Below are positions 1 through 6,013 of a stretch of DNA of 6,013 nt, in pieces. The stretch's first letter is position 1. Each line of letters begins with the position of its first letter. This DNA is from Octopus sinensis (Eukaryota). The stretch spans positions 1-6,013 of the forward strand of contig NW_021829777.1 of the NCBI RefSeq assembly GCF_006345805.1, given 5' to 3'. The notes under the pieces are model-generated. The model searched no databases. It was not told the origin of the DNA and saw only the letters and a program-made list of their open reading frames with translations. The translations under genes were made by a program, and so were the position numbers.

Positions 1-62
1 CCTTCATAGCAGTGCCCCAGCATGGCCGCACTCCAGTGAAAAGACAGAAAGATAAATATAAA
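1..62 (+). mobile_element. 3' end of SINE family 1, diverged, cut by the window edge, opposite orientation to the other copies
   Basis: 9-30 GCAGTGCCCCAGCATGGCCGCA matches the reverse complement of TGCGGCCATGCTGGAGCACCGC at ~1480-1501 (2 mismatches in 22); followed by an A-rich AAAGA/AAATA tail. Confidence 0.65.
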
Positions 63-204
63 AGAGAATCAACGATAGTACACAAACTTCCGCCACCCAC
101 GCATGCGCGTCCATTTATTGTTGTTTTGTTTTTTTTTTCCTTCTTTCGTAAAATAGTCAGAAACCGTGCTCCCGGGGGTCGCCGAATGAGAGGAGCATTT
201 GTCG

Positions 205-306
205 CTGATGATAATGACGTTGTTGTTATTGTTATTGATGATGATGTTGATGATGATGATGATGAGGAGGAGGAGGAGGAGGAGAATGAGGATGGTGGGG
301 GGGGGG
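205..306. repeat. Compound (GAT)n/(GTT)n/(GAG)n low-complexity tract ending in G10
   Basis: Direct reading of the trinucleotide runs. Confidence 0.9.
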
Positions 307-371
307 TGATGATTCTGCGTAGGAGTTTCGTTAAATCCACCTTTTTTTTTGCCCATTTACCGACAAAAATA

Positions 372-577
372 TGGTGGTGGTGGTGGTGGTGGTGGTAGTG
401 GTGGTGGTAGTGGTGGTAGTGGTGGCTCTGGTGACAGTGTTGATGATGATGATGATGATGGCGACGACGACGATGACGATGATGATGATGATGATGATGA
501 TGATGTGATGATATGATGATGATGATGGTAATGACGATGTCGGAGCCTGTTGTTGTGATGGTGATGATGATGATGAT
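372..577. repeat. (GGT)n/(AGT) tract followed by (GAT)n/(GAC)n tract
   Basis: 372-425 GGT repeats; ~440-540 GAT repeats with two 1-nt slips near 505-513. Confidence 0.95.
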
Positions 578-632
578 CGTGGGCGTTAGGATAGTGCTAG
601 TAGCGGTGGAGAGAGAGATGGGGGGGGCTTAC

Positions 633-1345
633 ATCCAGCAAAGCGCCTGTGAACCGGTGGGACGCGACAAAAAAACCACAGCCGAGGGCGGCGATTGCAC
701 TCTTTTTGCTTAGGGTAATCCGGGATCTCCCACGTGGTTTCATTTCATTGGAGGACGAGGAGGAAGACGAAGAAGAGGGTGAGAGTGATGCCAGTGGTGG
801 TGGGGTGGTAGTGGTGGTGGTGGTGGTGGTGGTGGTGGCGGTAGTAGTGGTGGTGGTGGTGGTAGTGGTGGTGGTGGTGGTAGGTGGTGGTGGTAGGTGG
901 TGGTAGTGGTGGTGGTGTGTGTGGTAGTGGTGTGGTGGTGGTGGTGGTAGGTGGTGGTAGTGGTGGTTTGTTGGGGGTGGTGGTGGTGGTGTTGTGGTGG
1001 TGGTGGTTGTGGTGGTGGTGGTGGTAGTGGTTGTGGTGGTGGTGGTAGTAGTGGTAGTGGTGGTGGTGGTGGTTGTGGTGGTGGTGGTGGTGGTAGTGGT
1101 GGTGGTGGTTGTGGTGGTAGCAACCGTTGTCCATATGGTGACTTTGCGGATACTTGCTTCGTTCGTGTAGGTGGTGGTAATCGAAATTTTGTTAATGATG
1201 GCGATGATGCTGATGATGGTTATACTGGTGATGACAACGACGGCGACAATAATATGATTTGGATGATGATGAAAACAACGAAGACGACGATGATGATGAT
1301 GATCACGGCGTTGACTAAAATGGCGGTGCTTTGTCACGTGATACG
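633..1345 (-). CDS. Possible internal exon encoding a Thr/His/Pro/Ser-rich low-complexity polypeptide; no recognised domain
   Basis: Lies within ORF 597-1355(-). Minus strand has an acceptor-like TTATGTTTTTATGTTTGTAG| ending at 1346 and a donor-like GAT|GTAAGC at 632-627. The open frame is weak evidence because ACC/CAC/CCA repeats contain no stops. Confidence 0.2.
794..1120. repeat. Long imperfect (GGT)n microsatellite with AGT/TGT variants
   Basis: About 325 nt of GGT units with several register slips between ~880 and ~975. Confidence 0.95.
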
Positions 1346-1436
1346 CTACAAACATAAAAACATAACATATTTAGAAACACGAGAACGGGAGGGCCCTCCG
1401 CCCCCGCTGCACGGGTTTGACCGACTGAATAAGTGG

Positions 1437-1821
1437 TACTCTCTCTCTTTTACTCTTTTACTTGTTTCAGTCATTTGACTGCGGCCATGCTGGAGCACCG
1501 CCTTTAGTCGACCAAATCGACCCCGGGACTTATTCTTTGTAAGCCCAGTACTTATTCTATCGGTCTTCTTTTGCCGAACCGCTAAGTGACGGGGACGTAA
1601 ACAATGTTAGGAGGACAAACACACAAACACATACATATATATATATATACATATATACGACAGGCTTCTTTCAGTTTCCGTCTACCAAATCCACTCACAA
1701 GGCATTGGTCGGCCCGAGGCTATAGTAAAAGACACTTGCCCAAGATGCCACGCAGTGGAACTGAACCCGGAACCATGTGGTTGGTTAGCAAGCTACTTAC
1801 CACACAGCCACTCCTGCGCCT
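1437..1821 (-). mobile_element. tRNA-derived SINE family 1, near full-length copy 1 (CORE-like)
   Basis: Minus strand: Pol III A box TGGCTGTGTGG (1810-1800), B box GGTTCAGTTCC (1767-1757), TCTTGGGCAAGT (1745-1734), internal TA/CA microsatellite (~1620-1656), 3' body and (AAAAGAGT)-type tail. 1657-1810 matches 3274-3427 at 147/154. Confidence 0.93.
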
Positions 1822-1863
1822 ATGTATTGAGTACTTCCCCACGGCCGTTCCTTATGTTAATAA

Positions 1864-2010
1864 TTGTATGTATATACATCCGTATATGAATGCGTATACA
1901 ATATAACATATATAATTTATAAAACATTATATATATATTACATATATACATTACATTACATATTAATATATATGCAAAAACATGTGTGTGTCTGTCTGTT
2001 TTTATATATG
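1864..2010. repeat. Degenerate (TA)n/(TACA)n AT-rich tract
   Basis: Direct reading. Confidence 0.8.
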
Positions 2011-2019
2011 TATGCCCCA

Positions 2020-2125
2020 TCCTCCTTAATCCCTTCTTTCTCCTTTTCTCTTGGTCACTGATTCTGTCCCCTGCCTTCCACCCTCTTTGATTCCCTCTCT
2101 CTCTGTCTCTCTTTCTCTCTCTCCT
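2020..2125. repeat. Polypyrimidine (CT)-rich tract
   Basis: Almost entirely C/T on the plus strand, with (CT)n runs at ~2094-2123. Confidence 0.8.
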
Positions 2126-2570
2126 GCGACCTGCTTGCTCTCTTAACCATTCTGTGCCCTTCGTATCTCTCGACCAACATGTGTCCCGTCCCCGCTACCG
2201 AAACGGTAATTATTTCTACGCCAGCTGCTATGTTGTTGTTGTTTCTGTCTCATTTGGTCTAAAGTCGTATGACAACCACCGTTATATATATTTTGTTTAT
2301 TCATTACTGTTTTCAATTTCGTTTTCGTCTCTTGTATTCACATCCGTCTTGTGCGTTCCATTCCTGTCTTCTACCAAGAAATCTAATGCTTACAGCTTAG
2401 TTTTTTTTCTTGGGGCTGGCCGAGTTGGAGCAAATATCAGAATTGAACAGCCGAAATTTGCTATGATGATTCGTGTCTGACTGAAGATTGAAGGGTTCGA
2501 ATGATTTGTCTGTGTTCCGTGTTCGTCCCTTCCTGTATTTCACGTTCATTATATATAAAACATTCATTTT

Positions 2571-2597
2571 CTTTATATATTATATATATATATATAT

Positions 2598-2632
<35 letters not shown>

Positions 2633-2670
2633 ATAGATAGATAGATTAGATAGATAGATAGATAGATAGA
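2571..2670. repeat. (TA)n followed by (TAGA)n microsatellite
   Basis: TA run to ~2632, then TAGA units to 2670. Confidence 0.95.
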
Positions 2671-3026
2671 AACCAGAGTCCCGTCGAAACTCTGGCTACA
2701 TAGACGAAAGTGCATATTTTCTATAATTTAATTCAACTAAAACGGAGACTAAGGTTTTCAACATGGCTTCCATCATGGTGGACGTAGAGTTCGATGTGAT
2801 TAGCGAGATTCACAATGAATTCGATGCAGTTATTCCGTGCCTCCATCAATTAGAGCATATTCAACGATCTAGAATTGATGGTCACCTTGCATGTGTGTAT
2901 ATATATTATGTGTGTTTGTCGGTGGGTGGGTGCGTGCGTGCATGTGTGCATGCGTGTACGTGTGTATGCATATTTACATATATATGCACACATAAGCATT
3001 TATTTATTTGTATGTATATATATATA

Positions 3027-3427
3027 TACTCTCTTTCTCTCTTTTACTTGTTTCAGTCATTTGACTGCGGCCATGCTGGAGCACCGCCTTTAATCGAGCA
3101 ACCCGGCCCCGGGACTTATTCTTTTGTAAGCCCAGTACTTATTCTAGCGGTCTCTTTTGCCGAACCGCTAAGTAACGGGGACATAAACACACCAGCATCG
3201 GTTGTCAAGCAATGCTAGGGGACAAACACAGACACACAAACACACACACATACACATATATATATGCACATATACGACAGGCTTCTTTCAGTTTCCGTAT
3301 ACCAAATCCACTCACAAGGCATTGGTCGGCCCGGGGCTATAGCAGAAGACACTTGCCCAAGGTGCCACGGAGTGGGACTGAACCCGGAACCATGTGGTTG
3401 GTTAGCAAGCTACTTACCACACAGCCA
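3027..3427 (-). mobile_element. tRNA-derived SINE family 1, copy 2 (lacks the 11 most 5' nt of copy 1)
   Basis: A box TGGCTGTGTGG (3427-3417), B box GGTTCAGTCCC (3384-3374), CCTTGGGCAAGT (3362-3351), internal (CA)/(TA) tract, colinear with copy 1. Confidence 0.93.
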
Positions 3428-3461
3428 ATTATATATATAATTTTATTATTTTATTTTTTTT

Positions 3462-3640
3462 TTATTTCAGGCTTTTGTCTGCGGCCATGCTGGAGCACCG
3501 ACTTTAATCGAACAAATCGATTATTCTTTCTCAGCTTAGTACTTATTTCTATTGATCTTTTGGCTCGTCGCTAAGTTATGGGGACGTAAACACACCAACA
3601 CTTGTGACTATCGATGGTGGGGGAACAAACACAGATACAT
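3462..3640 (-). mobile_element. SINE family 1, older headless copy 3 (3' body only)
   Basis: CTGCGGCCATGCTGGAGCACCG, TAGTACTTATT, GCTAAGTTATGGGGACGTAAACACACCA and CAAACACAGA are colinear with copies 1 and 2 but more diverged; ends in the (TA)n tract with no tRNA head. Confidence 0.85.
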
Positions 3641-3654
3641 GTACATGTATCTTG

Positions 3655-3658
3655 TATG

Positions 3659-3741
<83 letters not shown>

Positions 3742-3772
3742 ATATATATATATTATATTTATATATATATAT
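3655..3772. repeat. Long (TA)n microsatellite
   Basis: Direct reading. Confidence 0.97.
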
Positions 3773-4035
3773 ATAAATGAAAGAATGGAGTTGAAGACAT
3801 TAAAACAAAATTCCTTTATTCTCGACATATAAAGGAATTTTGTTAAATCGTCGTTCAACTCCATTCTTTCATTTATTTGTATTAAAAATAAAAACACAAC
3901 AATTTCCACACGAAAGCACGTGATCTCTGCCCTTGGCATGTAGCTTCAACCGTGTTTTTCTGACGTGAATTTCTACCCAGGTATTGGTTAACCGAATTAT
4001 CCATAATAAGATAATTCATTCAACTACTTAAATAT
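3773..4035 (-). mobile_element. Element family R, copy A: non-autonomous repeat with the hammerhead core missing
   Basis: Direct-orientation homology to 4669-5035 (3902-4035 vs 4898-5035, roughly 80-85% by eye); 23-bp perfect inverted repeat 3773-3795/3854-3876. Strand assigned from the ribozyme in copy B. Confidence 0.75.
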
Positions 4036-4103
4036 TATATATATATATATATATATACATACATACATACTTACATATATTTATATACATACATGGATAT
4101 ATG
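4036..4103. repeat. (TA)n/(TACA)n microsatellite
   Basis: Direct reading. Confidence 0.9.
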
Positions 4104-4139
4104 TATCATGATTGATGGCTAGCCATTTAACCTTTTTCT

Positions 4140-4318
4140 ATTTCCTCTCCCTGTTTATTTCTGTGTTCCTTTCTGATGACGAGCATAGGCTCGAAACGTA
4201 AAAGACTTTCTCACTTCCCTTGCGTTAAACTAATACATCTGTTTGTTGTTTACACGCCCGTGTTCCTCTTTTGTTTTGTTTGTTTTTGGGGGTTTTTTTT
4301 GTAAATTCCAACTATATA
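4140..4318 (+). mobile_element. Element family H, copy 1: probable Penelope-like pLTR remnant carrying a minimal hammerhead motif
   Basis: Colinear with 4400-4550 (TTCCTTTCTG..TAGGCT.GAAA..TAAAAGACTTT..AAACTAATACA..TACAC..AAATT.CAACTATA); contains CTGATGA..GAAACGTA. Left boundary approximate. Confidence 0.6.
4169..4204 (+). ncRNA. Minimal type I hammerhead ribozyme motif (imperfect)
   Basis: CUUU(4169-72) CUGAUGA(4173-79) C GAGC-AUAG-GCUC GAAA(4193-96) CGUA(4197-4200) AAAG(4201-04): 4-bp helix I, 4-bp helix II with one extra C, palindromic ACGU helix III, GUA triplet. Confidence 0.6.
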
Positions 4319-4399
4319 AGTATAAATCGCTTTCTATCAACCTTTTTTTCCAATCATTCGCCATGCTGGACCGCAGGAGACTACAAGTTTTTTATTCTC

Positions 4400-4550
4400 T
4401 ATCTTTTTAGTTTGTCTTATTCCTTTCTGTTGGAGGTCGTAGGCTTGAAATATAAAAGACTTTTTCGCATTCCCGAGTGTCAAACTAATACAGTAGCTTG
4501 TTGCTCATACACCTATCTTCGTCTATTTTGTTCTATAAATTTCAACTATA
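4400..4550 (+). mobile_element. Element family H, copy 2 (hammerhead core decayed)
   Basis: Direct repeat of copy 1 at a 254-nt offset; core reads CTGTTGGAGGTCGTAGGCTTGAAATATA. Left boundary approximate. Confidence 0.6.
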
Positions 4551-4593
4551 TATATAGGTATATAGTTGAGAGTTATAGAAAAAAAAGACGAGA

Positions 4594-4603
4594 CATATAT
4601 ATA

Positions 4604-4648
<45 letters not shown>

Positions 4649-4668
4649 TATATATAATATATATATAT
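4594..4668. repeat. (TA)n microsatellite
   Basis: Direct reading. Confidence 0.95.
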
Positions 4669-5031
4669 TATATGAAAGAATGGAGTTGAATGACTAGTTA
4701 ACAATATCCTTTATTCTCGACATATGTTTCGAAGGCTGCATATTCCTAATTCCGAAGGAATAAGGAGTTACTTATGCAGATTTCTCATCAGGAAAATCAA
4801 GGAACTTATGTCGACATCAAAATGCACAAAAAACTTTTAGCTGACCGCTCTCAACTCCATTCTTTCATATATTTATAATTTTAAAATAAACATACACATT
4901 TCCGCACGAAGATACGTAGTCTATGCCCTAGGGACGTAGCTTCAACCGTGTTCTTTCTGATGTGAATTTGCTACCCAGGTATCGGTTATCTTTCGAATTA
5001 TCCTTAATAGATAATTCATTCAAGTACTCAA

Positions 5032-5035
<4 letters not shown>
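4669..5035 (-). mobile_element. Element family R, copy B: hammerhead-containing non-autonomous retroelement (retrozyme- or Penelope-pLTR-like)
   Basis: 21-bp inverted repeat 4669-4689/4851-4871 encloses an intact hammerhead; a further ~160 nt are shared with copy A; both ends abut (TA)n. Confidence 0.75.
4707..4803 (-). ncRNA. Type I hammerhead ribozyme with full conserved core; predicted cleavage after GUC between 4719 and 4718
   Basis: Minus strand: UCCUUGAUUUUC CUGAUGA(4791-4785) GAA-AU-CUGCAUA...UAUGCAG-CC-UUC GAAA(4730-4727) CAUAUG UC(4720-4719) GAGAAUAAAGGA. Helix I has 11 pairs (one G-U) with one G.A mismatch; helix II is 3 bp + 2x2 loop + 7 bp plus a distal hairpin; helix III is A-U, C-G around AUAU. 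Confidence 0.85.
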
Positions 5036-5066
<31 letters not shown>

Positions 5067-5085
5067 ATATATTATATATATATAT
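5036..5085. repeat. (TA)n microsatellite
   Basis: Direct reading. Confidence 0.95.
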
Positions 5086-5153
5086 CACTTTTTTGAAACA
5101 CATGAATCCGGAGAAGCACACACTAAGAAGCAGGGCAGTCTATATTTGTCACT

Positions 5154-5374
5154 GGTGAAAGCCGGTTTAAAGGGTTACCCTGGGTTTCTCGCCATAAAGG
5201 GTACTTTGTGACCTATCTGCAGAGCCCAAGACGTGTTGGCCTATAGCCTCTTAAAGATATGGAGGGATATTCTAAATAGGCTACAGGCCAACAGGTCTTC
5301 GGGTCTGAAGATACGCGATAATGGTGCCCTTTATGCCGCGAAACCCAGGATAGTACTATAAACCGGCCTTCACC
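5154..5374. repeat. Long imperfect inverted repeat (fold-back or MITE-like), arms 5154-5249 and 5278-5374
   Basis: Outer 50 nt of the arms match 41/50 (GGTGAAAGCCGGTTTA.. vs ..TAAACCGGCCTTCACC); inner ends TGTTGGCCTATAGCCT / AGGCTACAGGCCAACA match 15/16; 28-nt spacer. Confidence 0.9.
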
Positions 5375-5379
5375 TACAA

Positions 5380-5381
<2 letters not shown>

Positions 5382-5471
<90 letters not shown>

Positions 5472-5488
5472 TATACATATATTGTATT

Positions 5489-5541
<53 letters not shown>

Positions 5542-5543
5542 AT
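5382..5543. repeat. Compound (TA)n microsatellite
   Basis: Direct reading. Confidence 0.97.
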
Positions 5544-5551
5544 ACACACAT

Positions 5552-5940
5552 GGGCCGCAATGGCCCAGTGGTTAGGGCAGCGGACTCACGGTCATAGATC
5601 GCGGTTTCGATTCCCAGACCGGGCGTTGTGAGTGGTTATTGAGCGAAAACACCTAAAAGCTCTACGAGGCTCCGGCAGGGGATGGTGGTGATCCCTGCTG
5701 TACTCTTTCACCACAACATTCTCTCACTCTTACTTCCTGTTTCTGTTGTACCTGTATTTCAAAGGGCCGACCTTGTCACTCTCTGTGTCACGCTGAATAT
5801 CCCCGAGATACTACGTTAAGGGTGCACGTGTCTGTGGAGTGCTCAGCCACTTACACGTTAATTTCACGAGCAGGCTGTTCCGTTGATTCGGATCAACTGG
5901 AACCCTCGTCGTCGTAACCGACGGAGTGCTTCCATCCCCA
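5552..5940 (+). mobile_element. tRNA-derived SINE family 2, apparently full length
   Basis: A box TGGCCCAGTGG (5561-5571, fits TRGCNNARYGG); B-box-like GGTTTCGATTCC (5603-5614); GACTCACGGTCATAGAT resembles a tRNA-Arg anticodon arm; ~330-nt non-tRNA body, not homologous to family 1, ends at a short CCATCCCCA tail. Not a functional tRNA: no clean acceptor stem. Confidence 0.8.
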
Positions 5941-6013
5941 TATACACACACACACACGTATAAATACACGTTTTTATGCATGCATATGTGTAAACAGGTA
6001 TATCTATCTTTAT

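Noticed and set aside
1388-1403. 12-bp palindrome GGAGGGCCCTCC with adjacent GC box, near TCACGTGA (1334-1341)
   Set aside because: Short motifs with no independent promoter evidence; plausible by chance.
1423-1472. GACTGAATAAGT vs ACTTGTTTCAGTC short inverted match at the SINE 1 tail
   Set aside because: About 11 matching nt with a gap and no extension; too weak to call.
649-1478. Plus-strand poly-Val, poly-Gly and poly-Asp/Glu ORFs (also 12-398 and 513-713)
   Set aside because: Alternative readings of GGT/GAT repeats, with no domain or splice support.
1604-1906. ORFs 1604-1906 and 3212-3574 sharing YIRQASFSFR..WLVSKLLTTQP
   Set aside because: The similarity is the antisense translation of two SINE copies, not a protein family.
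2196-2208. TACCG-AAA-CGGTA hairpin containing GAAAC
   Set aside because: 5-bp stem expected by chance; no upstream CUGANGA.
2481-2510. CTGAAGA...TTCGAATGATTTGTC as a decayed hammerhead
   Set aside because: GAAA is GAAT and no helix I or III can be drawn. The surrounding 2130-2560 T-rich region may be an old repeat, but I cannot support that from this window alone.
3552-3939. YIYIYI ORFs here and at 1820-2061, 2461-2715, 4271-4657, 5213-5597
   Set aside because: Stop-free translations of (TA)n microsatellites.
4351-4374. CAATCATTCGCCATGCTGGACCGC as another SINE family 1 fragment
   Set aside because: Only CCATGCTGGA (10 nt) matches exactly and the flanks need several gaps.
5304-5356. CTGAAGA...GAAA in the right arm of the fold-back as a third hammerhead
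   Set aside because: Helix II does not start with a pair next to the core, helix III is unconvincing and there is no helix I complementarity.
5552-5625. Functional tRNA gene
   Set aside because: Has A and B boxes but no clean acceptor stem, and continues into a SINE-length body.
1-6013. CRISPR array, rRNA or autonomous RT/transposase
   Set aside because: No regularly spaced repeats with unique spacers, no rRNA motifs and no RT, GIY-YIG or DDE signatures in any frame I read.

Overview
Eukaryotic, repeat-dominated window with no confidently identifiable gene. The SINE families, (TA)n/(TAGA)n microsatellites and GGT/GAT tracts look to me like an Octopus (cephalopod) genome; this is recognition, not a database result. 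Bases 1-1440 are a strand-asymmetric trinucleotide low-complexity block that may hold a minus-strand exon. One tRNA-derived SINE family is present as two near-full minus-strand copies plus two fragments, and a second tRNA-derived SINE lies at 5552-5940. The most interesting part is 3770-5375, a cluster of structured elements between (TA)n tracts: (i) a complete type I hammerhead ribozyme on the minus strand (4707-4803; CUGAUGA...GAAA, GUC cleavage site, palindromic helix III) inside 21-bp inverted repeats; (ii) a sister copy (3773-4035) lacking the catalytic core and forming a long hairpin; (iii) a plus-strand minimal, Penelope-type hammerhead motif (4169-4204) with a decayed tandem copy 254 nt downstream and an inverted end-tail; (iv) a ~220-nt fold-back (5154-5374). 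All structures were paired by eye; cleavage activity is predicted, not shown. The long ORFs in the supplied track are mostly microsatellite or SINE artefacts.
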